Positions 8,742-17,833 of a stretch of 20,000 bases of DNA are shown piece by piece. Numbering within the stretch: position 1 is the stretch's first letter; each line of letters opens with the position of its first letter. The notes below the pieces were generated by a model. It saw only the letters and a list, made by a program, of their open reading frames with translations. It was not told the origin of the DNA and did no database searches. The DNA comes from an uncultured virus (IMG/VR IMGVR_UViG_3300020447_000005) (taxonomy: Duplodnaviria > Heunggongvirae > Uroviricota > Caudoviricetes), in IMG/VR virus record IMGVR_UViG_3300020447_000005. The stretch is one strand, 5' to 3'. The position numbers were made by a program, and so were the translations under genes.

Positions 8742-8864
8742 TTACATCTTAAGCTCTGTATTGTCTACCAGCCGCAGAGCATATTCGGCGTGTATATTTA
8801 CGGCAATACCTAGATTACCGGTTACGTACACTTTAGCACTAAAAATACGCAAAGTAAACGCCAC
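8742..8864 (-). CDS. Possible 40-aa ORF (MAFTLRIFSAKVYVTGNLGIAVNIHAEYALRLVDNTELKM)
   Basis: GTG 1 nt after the previous stop, with TAA immediately before the terminator. No good SD. Confidence 0.25.
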   Translation of the reverse strand: MAFTLRIFSAKVYVTGNLGIAVNIHAEYALRLVDNTELKM

Positions 8865-8865
8865 C

Positions 8866-9120
8866 TCACTTGGGCCATTTTGGTATTGAAGGAGAACAAC
8901 GACCTGTAAGAGCACACAATCGTTTTTTTAACGGTATGATCTTTTCCGCGTGACGTAAAATATCTTTTTGCTTCGCCTCCGCCCCTGGCAAAGCACTTAT
9001 AAATCCAACGGCGCTGGAAGGAATGTAGTTAGTTCTCTGTATCACAACGATAGCGTTTTGATATCTACGAATGTAATACTCGATCTTTTCGATCTCACTC
9101 CACGCCCCTAGCCTTTTCAC
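8866..9120 (-). CDS. Hypothetical basic protein, 84 aa
   Basis: Co-oriented ORF with a GTG start, preceded by the GCCAAGGAAGGC element. No recognisable domain. Confidence 0.6.
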   Translation of the reverse strand: MKRLGAWSEIEKIEYYIRRYQNAIVVIQRTNYIPSSAVGFISALPGAEAKQKDILRHAEKIIPLKKRLCALTGRCSPSIPKWPK

Positions 9121-9134
9121 GATTTAAGAATTTC

Positions 9135-9146
9135 GCCTTCCTTGGC
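9135..9146 (-). promoter_or_regulatory. SD-containing hairpin GCC-AAGGAA-GGC (CsrA/RsmA-site-like), copy 2
   Basis: TTTAGCCAAGGAAGGCGA shares 17 of 18 nt with the copy upstream of 12970. Confidence 0.5.
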
Positions 9147-9217
9147 TAAACCCTAGCTTTTTTATTTCTCTTGTTAGTTATCTACTAATAATTCAATTTA
9201 TCCAAGCCGAATTTTTG

Positions 9218-9811
9218 CTAGTCTTTGTCTCCGCGTTCGTCCCTAAACTTTTTAAAGGCCTCGTCTAGCTCAAATCCCCCTCGTTGATACAAACGGGGGG
9301 GATAACTAAAACAAGATGCGACTTGTTCCTCGGATAATGTTCGTAATAGCTCTAAGCTACTGTACACAAACCCTGGAATAAGAAGAGCCACTCGACGATA
9401 CAGATCAAGCGGTGTATCTCCTTCGATCACGGGATAAGTTACTTTGCTGATAATAGCACCAGCATCAAACTCTTCCGTCATTCTATGGAACGTAATACCT
9501 TGCTCGCGATCGCCGTTGGCTAACGTGTGCGATAATATGCTAAGTCCGCCGTACTCAGGCAACAGCCCAGTATGCACATTATAAGCACGGTCGATATTTA
9601 ACAATCTTCGATCATACTGCACCGATAGTTTAATATCGTGGTCGATGTCATTCAGAAAATCGTCTGGCAATCGAGGAAGCTGAATCTTGCCTGGAATCGT
9701 AGTCTTCTTAGCCGGAACATAACCCACAAGACAATACTCATGCCTTAATCGCTCCACCACCAACTCGGTTAAGTACGACGAACCCAAGATAATTATTTTA
9801 TAGTCCGTCAT
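9218..9811 (-). CDS. Formyltransferase, probably an NDP-amino-sugar N-formyltransferase
   Basis: YNVHTGLLPEYGG (N-x-H-x-x-LLP motif) and GITFHRMTEEFDAG. It is short, lacks the C-terminal domain of tRNA Fmt, and lies next to a DegT aminotransferase. Confidence 0.88.
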   Translation of the reverse strand: MTDYKIIILGSSYLTELVVERLRHEYCLVGYVPAKKTTIPGKIQLPRLPDDFLNDIDHDIKLSVQYDRRLLNIDRAYNVHTGLLPEYGGLSILSHTLANGDREQGITFHRMTEEFDAGAIISKVTYPVIEGDTPLDLYRRVALLIPGFVYSSLELLRTLSEEQVASCFSYPPRLYQRGGFELDEAFKKFRDERGDKD

Positions 9812-10725
9812 CTTTGCGCTAAATATGATTCCGACTTTTTCTCTAAAAGATTTACCGTTGCATCGTAAACCATATCGACTGTTATACCAGCCATGCAGTC
9901 ATGCCTTGGGTTTTCATAGGTCTGGTCAGGTGGATTTGGACATATACCTCCAGGCACGACTGAAATACCTGGGTTTTCCCTAAAGCACGGCTGACAAGGC
10001 AACTGGAGGGAAATGTTTATATTATGGGAATAACCCAATGCGTCGTACTGAGTTGACCCCCAAAGTATAACGCCACTTTTCTTAGCCCCGCCGTCCCACC
10101 TAATATTAGTGGTGTGCTGTAGTAACGAGTCTACACCGAGATGCATCACGCTGTAAGCTTGAGCAGCTAAATTGTCCTCAAACGATCTACCACAAAAAGT
10201 TCCGTCAATGTTTGCCAGTGGCGGATCATACGGTCCACCAACCTGATAAACCCCCACCTCCGGTATCTTGCGTCGCATTTTATTAATCAATTGCTGCCAG
10301 CCATGCCATTCCTTGTAAATAGACCAACCAGTTTTATTTTGAATAGTAACATACGGCGTACCACTAAAAGAAACATTAGTTTCTGGGGTAGAACACACAA
10401 GAGCATCAAATGAGGCCTCTACACCTATATCATCTGCAAAGAACTCAATAAGGTGTTTCCGCATCTTAACCTCAGGGTATCCCTCGTGAATTGGGTAACC
10501 CCGGCAATAAACAACTTTGTCGTAGTCGTCGGCTACGAAGTCCCCAGGCGTATGCATCCCGTCAACCAACTTATTACTCAAAAGAAACTCACCTAAGGTA
10601 TCCCACGTCTCTCGTTGAGTAATCAAGTAAATCTCGTCAAATTGCTCCCGCAACTTAGGTAAACAATTAGCTAGCATTATAATGTCACCCAGGGCACCAT
10701 CCCTTAAAAGTGCGATCCTACTCAT
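9808..10725 (-). CDS. Glycosyltransferase family 9 (heptosyltransferase-like, GT-B fold)
   Basis: LLRDGALGDIIM, KEW..WQQLI, HLGVDSLLQH, VILWGST, LPCQPC...CMAGITVDMV; SD GGGGAG. Confidence 0.88.
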   Translation of the reverse strand: MSRIALLRDGALGDIIMLANCLPKLREQFDEIYLITQRETWDTLGEFLLSNKLVDGMHTPGDFVADDYDKVVYCRGYPIHEGYPEVKMRKHLIEFFADDIGVEASFDALVCSTPETNVSFSGTPYVTIQNKTGWSIYKEWHGWQQLINKMRRKIPEVGVYQVGGPYDPPLANIDGTFCGRSFEDNLAAQAYSVMHLGVDSLLQHTTNIRWDGGAKKSGVILWGSTQYDALGYSHNINISLQLPCQPCFRENPGISVVPGGICPNPPDQTYENPRHDCMAGITVDMVYDATVNLLEKKSESYLAQR

Positions 10726-10737
10726 TTTTCTTCTCCC

Positions 10738-11850
10738 CTACCAACCGCTTTCGATGGTATCAACAATGTACTGTCTCTCGTCCTCCCCTACCCACCAACC
10801 ACACGGAATGTTAATCATGTCGGACATAACCTCGTCCGTACCGGGAAGAAGGGATTTGTACTTTGACAAGCACGCATGCTTATCGTTCCGATCGTGTACT
10901 TGACTCGCCGCAATGCCAGCACCAGCTAGTTTCTTAATAAAGGCCTCTCTGTCTTGTACACGTAATGTGTATATCCAGTACGACGGTTCTGCTGCCGTAG
11001 GTTTGTTCAGCAAAGTAATGCCGTCAATACCCTTTAGTGCCTCATCAAAGAAGTAACCATTTAACCGATGTTTCTTAATAACGTCAGCAACAGTTTCAAA
11101 GTTGTATAAACCAATGGCAGCACTGATATCATTCATGTGAAACTTATAGCCCCAATCACTTACGTTCTGCTCGCATCGCATGTCTGGACCTCTGTCTCGG
11201 TCTAAACCAAACCACCGCAAAAGACGTGCTTTTTTGTGGTAGTCCTGCGTAGGAGAAATAAGCAAACCACCATCACCCGTTGTGAAATGCTTGATAGCCT
11301 GAAAGCTATACATCACAAAGTTATTATGATTACCTAATAACTTACCATTCCACTTAGCTCCAAAAGCATGCGCAGCATCTTCAATAAGAGGCGGACGATA
11401 GCCATACAGACGCTCACACTCGTCTTGTACGGCCCGAATAGCCTCCAAATCGCATGGGGAGCCTCCCCAATGAACTACCACGATAGCAGCCACGTCTGGG
11501 CCGATCTTGCGACGCATATCTAGCATGTCCGCATTGCATGTGGTGGGGTCTGTATCGACCCAACGAATATCAAACCCGTTCGCAAGGATGGGAAAGTTAG
11601 TAGCAGTACACGTCAGAGGGATAGAAAGGACAGTGTTCCTCTCTCCACACGTATCGCGCACAAGCCGCAAGGCAAGATGCATAGCGGAAGTGCCTGCATT
11701 GACCGTTGCACACCGCGTATTACCGAAGAACTTCTGTAGCTCAGCCTCTAGCTCGTCAACTTTTGGTCCCTGGGCAATGTATCCAGACTGCAAAACATCT
11801 GTCAGATCTACGTCCGAAGACATCTTTACTTGAAACAACGGTACTTTCAT
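10738..11850 (-). CDS. DegT/DnrJ/EryC1/StrS-family PLP-dependent sugar aminotransferase
   Basis: GPKVDELE, NAGTSAMHLAL, VVHWGG, IEDAAHAFGA, SFQAIKHFTTGDGG (PLP lysine), GYKFHMNDISAAIG. Confidence 0.95.
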   Translation of the reverse strand: MKVPLFQVKMSSDVDLTDVLQSGYIAQGPKVDELEAELQKFFGNTRCATVNAGTSAMHLALRLVRDTCGERNTVLSIPLTCTATNFPILANGFDIRWVDTDPTTCNADMLDMRRKIGPDVAAIVVVHWGGSPCDLEAIRAVQDECERLYGYRPPLIEDAAHAFGAKWNGKLLGNHNNFVMYSFQAIKHFTTGDGGLLISPTQDYHKKARLLRWFGLDRDRGPDMRCEQNVSDWGYKFHMNDISAAIGLYNFETVADVIKKHRLNGYFFDEALKGIDGITLLNKPTAAEPSYWIYTLRVQDREAFIKKLAGAGIAASQVHDRNDKHACLSKYKSLLPGTDEVMSDMINIPCGWWVGEDERQYIVDTIESGW

Positions 11851-12686
11851 GTTTTTAACCTTATCACCCTTGTGGCCCTTGATTCAACGGGCTCAAAAAT
11901 AATCGGAGCGTTCTCCGGACCAAACATCCACTTAGTACCACGCCGTGACCCAAGATACGGAGTTCGATAGTGTTGACTCATATTAATAACGCGATATCCC
12001 GCATTTATGTATGGATCTAAATATACGCACTGTGTCGCAGCCCCGTACATATTCGGTTCGTCCGAAAAAGCAAAGCCGCCCGGCACAGAATTGTAAATCG
12101 ACACATTCATAATGCCGTGACTCACAGAAGCATGCGGAGGGGTATTAGGTAGCAACCAGTTATACTCTTTAGCTAAAATCGTATCATCTACCCACACAGA
12201 TACAGCGCCAATAATGTTACCGCAGGCACTTTTGTTAGAGAAGTAGCGTTGAACTACATCGCGGTCAAACCCATGAAAGCCAGGTAAAAAGTCGTCTTCA
12301 ACGGTAAAAACGTAGTCTAGGTCAGAGCAATGCTCTTTAATCCCCCAAGCATACGCTCCGTAAGAGTAGTTCTCGTTAGGCCGATGAAGAATATTGCACG
12401 GTATAGAACAACCACCTGCATTGTGGGCTTCCACAAGCTTCTGAGCTGACTCAAAAGAGGTCAGCTGCTCTGCATCACCCTCATCTACGTTACACACAAA
12501 CGTAATTCTGGAGAGAATTGTTGCGTAACGAGGGAGAACCTCTAACTGCTTAATAATAAACGTAAGAGAGGGATCTGATAAGCTCTGGTCCCAGCCATCG
12601 TTCCTACGGCGTCGACCAAAATAGCATGCACAAAGGTATCCGACCTTTAGCTGTGGCGAAGAACTATCCTGGGACCGAGAACCCAC
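11847..12686 (-). CDS. Putative GT-A-fold glycosyltransferase (divergent)
   Basis: ITFVCN, HRPNENYSYGAY, DYVFTVEDD (acidic DxD-like motif after a beta-strand). Located inside the glycan cluster, with an ATGA overlap with the aminotransferase gene. Confidence 0.6.
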   Translation of the reverse strand: MGSRSQDSSSPQLKVGYLCACYFGRRRRNDGWDQSLSDPSLTFIIKQLEVLPRYATILSRITFVCNVDEGDAEQLTSFESAQKLVEAHNAGGCSIPCNILHRPNENYSYGAYAWGIKEHCSDLDYVFTVEDDFLPGFHGFDRDVVQRYFSNKSACGNIIGAVSVWVDDTILAKEYNWLLPNTPPHASVSHGIMNVSIYNSVPGGFAFSDEPNMYGAATQCVYLDPYINAGYRVINMSQHYRTPYLGSRRGTKWMFGPENAPIIFEPVESRATRVIRLKT

Positions 12687-12970
12687 CCTGTACTTTCCTT
12701 TAAATAATCCGATGTAGCCGTAATCTTATCCTTCGGACGATCAGGAACTCGGAAAGGTACTAACGGGTACACTTTTAACTCAACAGGCTTTTTCTCCAGT
12801 GCCTCAATCAACTGCTTAATTCTAACCTCGTCAGTATGTTGTACCTCGTAACGATGTATTTCTCTGCCTACCAAAGCACCTAACGATAGTACCACTAGCA
12901 TCAATAACAAAAACCAAGCATTTTCAATTAAGTCATTGCGCTTACTATTCTTACTCTTATCCTTGGACAT
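12647..12970 (-). CDS. Hypothetical single-pass membrane protein (~107 aa)
   Basis: ATG at 12970 lies 5 nt after AAGGAGG, so the ORF-track start at 13054 is unlikely. Basic N-terminus followed by WFLLLMLVVLSLGALVG. Confidence 0.75.
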   Translation of the reverse strand: MSKDKSKNSKRNDLIENAWFLLLMLVVLSLGALVGREIHRYEVQHTDEVRIKQLIEALEKKPVELKVYPLVPFRVPDRPKDKITATSDYLKESTGWVLGPRIVLRHS

Positions 12971-12973
12971 GTC

Positions 12974-12985
12974 GCCCTCCTTGGC
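12974..12985 (-). promoter_or_regulatory. SD-containing hairpin GCC-AAGGAG-GGC (CsrA/RsmA-site-like), copy 3
   Basis: Identical to 6221-6232. Confidence 0.55.
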
Positions 12986-13061
12986 TAAAGTCCTACTAAT
13001 ATGTGACGAGTGATGTATACAGTTTAACCTAAAATATATAACAACACACGACAAAAACAGA

Positions 13062-13286
13062 TTAGTATACTTTCTTTATACGCCGACGATGCATTCCATT
13101 GACATCTTTAGCTGTAGTTTTGTTTTGTGCTTTACTACGTTGTCGCCCGTTTCTACTAGAACGAGAACTGCTCGCAGGCATGACACCATCATCGTTAGTA
13201 GTTGGAATCTTTTCGTGTGAATCGAACGTCTGAGAGTCAGGCTGATAATCCAACATGTCAAGAGCTTGCTTAGAATTCATATCCAT
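13062..13286 (-). CDS. Small protein, 74 aa, acidic N-half and very basic C-half (NGMHRRRIKKVY)
   Basis: Strong SD AAAGGAG before the ATG; low-complexity, probably disordered composition. Confidence 0.8.
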   Translation of the reverse strand: MDMNSKQALDMLDYQPDSQTFDSHEKIPTTNDDGVMPASSSRSSRNGRQRSKAQNKTTAKDVNGMHRRRIKKVY

Positions 13287-13404
13287 TACTTACTCCTTTC
13301 AGTAGAAATAGGATATAGCTTAGTCCGGAGTCCGTTCCCCCGTGACCGAGCACGCATAAACTACCATTTATGTGGTTGGTAGTCGAGAGGCAAGATATAC
13401 AAAA

Positions 13405-16400
13405 TTATGCGATACGGCGGTCAAGAAAAGATTGAAGTGGGTTAGGCTGTTGCTCTGGAGTTAACATGCCCATTCCTACCATACCGGCCCCAGCTGCTCC
13501 GCCTGCGGCTCCGGTAGCTTTTAGCTGGCGCTGAGCTTTAATGTGCGCTGGGAGTCTACCCATTACTGCCGACTCAATTGCATCTCCCCTTGATGTAATG
13601 CTTGCTGGCCCTGGGGACATAAGACCGCTTGCCCCTTCAAAATTACTTGGGTTTGACTCTATAAGCACAAAACGACCATCTTTCGTTTTGGCAACATCTA
13701 AACCAAAGGAAGACTTTCTAATATTTGCTGGAAACTTATCTAACATCTTTTGCGCTGCTTGCTCAGCAAGAGACTTATTCTTAGTCCACCACGGAAGCAT
13801 CCCCAGCATGCTCCCACGACCAGACGTAGCGTAAGGAACCACCTTGCCCCCAGTAGTATGAACTCGCCATTCTCTTTTATGCCCGCCCGAACCAACCGAG
13901 AAGTGATGGACAGGGGATTTGCCGGTTACAGCGTTGTATAAACTCCGCCCTAACGGTCGCTCAGCGCCTTCATACTGATTCATAAAGTTGTCTACAAAAC
14001 GCTCAATCGGACTGTTTTTTGCAAGATCATGCCGAACTTGTGCTACAAATTGATCTGGTTTATTCCATGTCTTCTCGTAATTAGCAACATTTTTATCCCC
14101 TGCTTTACCCTGCAACATTTTCATAAGCAAATTAGGTTCAGTTTTGTGCGTAGGAAGAGAACCCCCTGGAGTTGCGTAACCGTCTCGTGGCTTAAGAATA
14201 AATTTATCGCCAAGCTCCTTGCGGAATGCGTCTTGAAGTCGCTTGCCCGCGTCTGGTGTTTTTGTGGTTATGTTGTACTTCTTCATGATATCGCCAACGC
14301 CCACTGTTTTGGCGATAACCTTTTTCAGTATGTTTGCTTCTTCTAACTTATCGTCCAGAGCAGTAAGGTGTCGCGTGGGAAGTCCATACGCTTTAGACCC
14401 TGTCGAAGCTAATTGCTTCGCCTCATCAGCGCCCAACCCCGCAAAATTGACAAGAACACCCTCACTCGGTCCTTTTGTCATCTCCTTCGGCATCGTTACT
14501 TGGTTTCCGTAGTAAACTTTCCGTCCTGCTTCGCGGTTTGCTCTGTTTAACCCCTCTATTATGGGTCTATTAAAATCATCCTCGTGGCCAGCCAAAATAC
14601 TAAGCCCGTGTTTACGTGCTCGCTCAGCTATATCCTTCCCAAAAAGAGGCTTCACATTTTTACCGAGCAAACCAGGAAACTTCTCAAGTAGCTTTTTCCC
14701 AAGACGTCGAATACCTTGTGCTGCACTTGCACTCTTTTGTTGGTGGCGATAAAAGCCCCCTCCAGCACCAACCGTAGCTAAGGCAGACCCAAGCAATAAA
14801 CCTGGGATAGCCGCCTTGAAAGAACCGCGACGCATTACCCGCTTAAGAGGCTCAAGATTCTTAGCTGTAGCCCCGTATCTTTTAAGCACTGTCTCGGGAA
14901 TATAGTCACCTACTGTCTTAAACTCCTTCATATGACGAAGATCTGAAGGTAGCCTGTAACCCCCTTTGCCGGTTAAAACTTTACAAACACCACCTGCACA
15001 GTTCGTTCCTTGAAAAGAAGACGCGCCACGAGGTTTACCTGTGAGTTTTTCATGCAGAGCCGAAACCCAATTAGGCAAAAGACGTCGCTGCACCGCTGAT
15101 TGGGCGGTATCTAGCCCAGAAAAAGTTGTGTTGCCTAGCTGTTGAAGCCCTTTATGAACCTTTGCTTGAGATGGCGTATCCTTCGCTCGTAAGATAGAAA
15201 ATGGAAGGGGACCATCACTCGGGTCAGCGGCTACCCTTGCCATGTCGTCTAAATGCTCCCACGCCTTAAAAGTCTCTTTCGGCGATCTAAGCGCTTTATC
15301 TAATCTCTCAGGAGAAATAGAACCAAACTCCGGATCACCGTAATGATTTAAATACTTCTTACCAAGGTTGAACGCTTTACCTGGAGCAAACGATTTCCTC
15401 AGCCGCTTCAAGGCCAAACCCCCTGCGGCTTGTAATCTTGAGCGGCGAGCCTTGGGAGAACCGACTACTGCTCCCGTATAGACGGCCCGTAATTTTGGCG
15501 CTGTCCCTCTACCTTTTGGATCCCTTACAGGCTTTGTAAGAATCTGAGCATGTTCGTCAAAACCGCCCATGCCTCCGCCAAACATATCACGCACAAGACT
15601 ACCCGTTACACGCGACGACGGAGCATCACCTTGTATAACTACGTCGCCTTCCCGTAGAAGCGACAATACCTTTTTTAGACCTGCCCCAGGAGTAACAACC
15701 GTAGGATTATAGTTTTTAACGTGCTTTAACTGTTTACGTAAAAAATTTGCGGAGCCTCCAGCGGATACACCGCCAGCCCCCACTAACCCAACATCACGTA
15801 CATCACGTAATCTATCTACTAACTTATCGAGAAAACCCGGAGAACTGTCCTTTCTAGTAAGAGCTTTAATAAAAAGCTCCCGTAACTTACTAGAGTTTTG
15901 GTCCGCACTCATCTTAAACGTATCTTTTCCAGATATGGGTCTCCAACCATCTACCTCGAAACCCTTGTAGTTGTCATCCAGAGGAGCCGCAGGAGAAGGA
16001 GCAGCCGGAGGAGGAACCTGCTGACCTGATTCATCAAACTCCATGGTGTTGCCAGGCAACCAATCATCCAGCTGCGCGCCAGGACGCTGCGCAGCTAGCT
16101 GAGCATCAGGATTATTACCTGTGTATTTGCTGACCTCTGGAACTAACCCTCCTGCTATAGCGCCCCCACCTCCTGCTATAGCGCCCCCACCAGCTATAAA
16201 TGGAACTGCTTGTGCAGCAGCCCGCCCAACACCTAATCCACCCCTCGTCCAAGCCTTGGCTCTATCACTCATCCCCCCTTCATCCATCATTCTTTCGTGA
16301 CTCTGCGTTACAGGATTAGCCTCACGACCCATCAAAGCGTCTGCCCCTCGTAACCCAAATACAGAGCCTACATTTTTAGCCCCACCAGCAGTAAACTCGC

Positions 16401-16689
16401 CCATGTTTTTAGCGGCTTGCCAGGAAGTGTTAAAAGAAGGGTCTGTTATTCCCGCAGCGTCTGTAAGAGCCTCACCACCAGCGGCTATTCCCGCACCCAA
16501 TGTCCCAATCCCACCAGCTGCTGTTTCAGCTATGCCCATGGCCCCACGACCAACATTCGTTAGACCCTGACCAAGACCACCAGCGACAGCTTTAGTCGTA
16601 TCCCACAAGCCGCTTTGCTTTTCCTGAGAGGCTGCATCCAGCCTGCTTACGAGATCAGGTAAAAAATTAGATGTATGTTGGGGGTTCAT
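13405..16689 (-). CDS. 1094-aa Gly/Ala-rich modular protein: low-complexity N-terminal region + permuted papain-like (NlpC/P60, YiiX-like) domain + ATP-grasp domain
   Basis: LLREGDVVIQG...DEHAQI...TNCAGGV...LPSDL (His before Cys); LDDKLEE...FILKPRDG...FVAQ...REWRVHTTGGKV...FGLDVAKTKDGRFVLIESNPS (ATP-grasp, ExN motif). Confidence 0.85.
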   Translation of the reverse strand: MNPQHTSNFLPDLVSRLDAASQEKQSGLWDTTKAVAGGLGQGLTNVGRGAMGIAETAAGGIGTLGAGIAAGGEALTDAAGITDPSFNTSWQAAKNMGEFTAGGAKNVGSVFGLRGADALMGREANPVTQSHERMMDEGGMSDRAKAWTRGGLGVGRAAAQAVPFIAGGGAIAGGGGAIAGGLVPEVSKYTGNNPDAQLAAQRPGAQLDDWLPGNTMEFDESGQQVPPPAAPSPAAPLDDNYKGFEVDGWRPISGKDTFKMSADQNSSKLRELFIKALTRKDSSPGFLDKLVDRLRDVRDVGLVGAGGVSAGGSANFLRKQLKHVKNYNPTVVTPGAGLKKVLSLLREGDVVIQGDAPSSRVTGSLVRDMFGGGMGGFDEHAQILTKPVRDPKGRGTAPKLRAVYTGAVVGSPKARRSRLQAAGGLALKRLRKSFAPGKAFNLGKKYLNHYGDPEFGSISPERLDKALRSPKETFKAWEHLDDMARVAADPSDGPLPFSILRAKDTPSQAKVHKGLQQLGNTTFSGLDTAQSAVQRRLLPNWVSALHEKLTGKPRGASSFQGTNCAGGVCKVLTGKGGYRLPSDLRHMKEFKTVGDYIPETVLKRYGATAKNLEPLKRVMRRGSFKAAIPGLLLGSALATVGAGGGFYRHQQKSASAAQGIRRLGKKLLEKFPGLLGKNVKPLFGKDIAERARKHGLSILAGHEDDFNRPIIEGLNRANREAGRKVYYGNQVTMPKEMTKGPSEGVLVNFAGLGADEAKQLASTGSKAYGLPTRHLTALDDKLEEANILKKVIAKTVGVGDIMKKYNITTKTPDAGKRLQDAFRKELGDKFILKPRDGYATPGGSLPTHKTEPNLLMKMLQGKAGDKNVANYEKTWNKPDQFVAQVRHDLAKNSPIERFVDNFMNQYEGAERPLGRSLYNAVTGKSPVHHFSVGSGGHKREWRVHTTGGKVVPYATSGRGSMLGMLPWWTKNKSLAEQAAQKMLDKFPANIRKSSFGLDVAKTKDGRFVLIESNPSNFEGASGLMSPGPASITSRGDAIESAVMGRLPAHIKAQRQLKATGAAGGAAGAGMVGMGMLTPEQQPNPLQSFLDRRIA
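16148..16191. repeat. Perfect 21-bp tandem duplication (CCTCCTGCTATAGCGCCCCCA x2), encoding GGGAIAG x2
   Basis: Units at 16148-16168 and 16169-16189. Confidence 0.93.
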
Positions 16690-16691
16690 CG

Positions 16692-17351
16692 CTACACACT
16701 CCCTGTACCATCACTCTCTAGTACAGCTGTATTAGTATTGTCTTCAACAGGATGTCCGTCACGGCGAGCATGAGAATGTTTAAACCAAAAGTCTCCCCGT
16801 AACTCCTCTGTAAAGTGGCTGTAATGAATAATCTCTGTATCACACCAATAAATACCGTTTAAGTTCGATGCCCGATTAAAACTTTGATAATTTTTGAACG
16901 TAATGCCAGGTTTCCAACGGTACACTCTAGCGTGAGGTTTAGCTGGGTACGGCTCCCCGTTATTAACAGTTACCCCATCAATTGTAGGTAATGGCGAACC
17001 ATAGTGAAACATCATCATCTCCTTGTCTGGTGTAGCCAGAAACTTACGTACGTTGTCATCAATACCAGCCGAGAAGACTTCATCGTCATCTAGAGACAAA
17101 ACAGCGTCAGGCTCTGAGCGATCTGCCATCCGCATCATTTCTTCTTGCCACGTCCATGTATCCCACGGCTTATCGCTGTACAGTACGTCCCTTACTTTAG
17201 ATAACCCCAGCGACTCGATGCGTCTTGGAATACTAGGGTCTGCCTTAGAATCAACACGGATGTATAACTCATCCACGTGGCGAGCAAGCTCTGACAACGT
17301 ATATTCCCAAAGCGGAAACCAAAACAACGACATTGTTCCAACTAGCTTCAC
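16692..17351 (-). CDS. GT2-like (GT-A fold) glycosyltransferase, ~219 aa
   Basis: ARHVDELYIRVD, DAVLSLDDDEVF, IIHY. The likely start is the GTG at 17351, just after the upstream stop. The ORF-track start at 17522 would overlap the neighbouring gene by ~170 nt. Confidence 0.72.
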   Translation of the reverse strand: MKLVGTMSLFWFPLWEYTLSELARHVDELYIRVDSKADPSIPRRIESLGLSKVRDVLYSDKPWDTWTWQEEMMRMADRSEPDAVLSLDDDEVFSAGIDDNVRKFLATPDKEMMMFHYGSPLPTIDGVTVNNGEPYPAKPHARVYRWKPGITFKNYQSFNRASNLNGIYWCDTEIIHYSHFTEELRGDFWFKHSHARRDGHPVEDNTNTAVLESDGTGSV

Positions 17352-17352
17352 T

Positions 17353-17832
17353 TCAACGCTCACGCAAAGTGCTAATGATCTGCCGGTAACCTTCAAATTC
17401 ATTCTCTGCGGGACGAAAACTGACGTTTTGCGGGTAATTACCGTCAGGAAATACCTCATAAACAGCCGCTTTGTACCCCTGCAAGAAACCGGACTCTGAT
17501 ACCATTTTGTGCTCGTAATCAACTTGTTTCAAACCACGGACATAACCCTCGTGCCACACTTTATTGACAATGTCCTTATCCTCATCATCGCCTTGTAGAT
17601 AACTCATCACCCCCTCAATACGCCCCTGAGCTACGAGTTGATCCTGAGTTGCCTTATGCACGTCGTTTACTCGCATAAACACTAACTCGTTAGTAAAGTC
17701 AGCATTCACATTGGCGCGGAGATCGTAAACTTTCAAATAGTCTTCGAGCTTAGAAATCCTCGCCTGCTGGAGGATCATAACATTGACAACAGTAAAGATA
17801 ACAGCGATCGCGACAACGTAAGACTTCTTCAT
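17353..17832 (-). CDS. Hypothetical protein with an N-terminal membrane anchor (~159 aa)
   Basis: MKKSYVVAIAVIFTVVNVMIL, then a helical region with HEGYVRG and GFLQGY. SD AAGGGGG precedes the ATG at 17832. Confidence 0.78.
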   Translation of the reverse strand: MKKSYVVAIAVIFTVVNVMILQQARISKLEDYLKVYDLRANVNADFTNELVFMRVNDVHKATQDQLVAQGRIEGVMSYLQGDDEDKDIVNKVWHEGYVRGLKQVDYEHKMVSESGFLQGYKAAVYEVFPDGNYPQNVSFRPAENEFEGYRQIISTLRER

Positions 17833-17833
17833 T

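Noticed and set aside
9218..9811. Methionyl-tRNA formyltransferase (fmt)
   Set aside because: It is only 197 aa and lacks the C-terminal tRNA-binding domain. The sugar-pathway context fits a sugar N-formyltransferase better.
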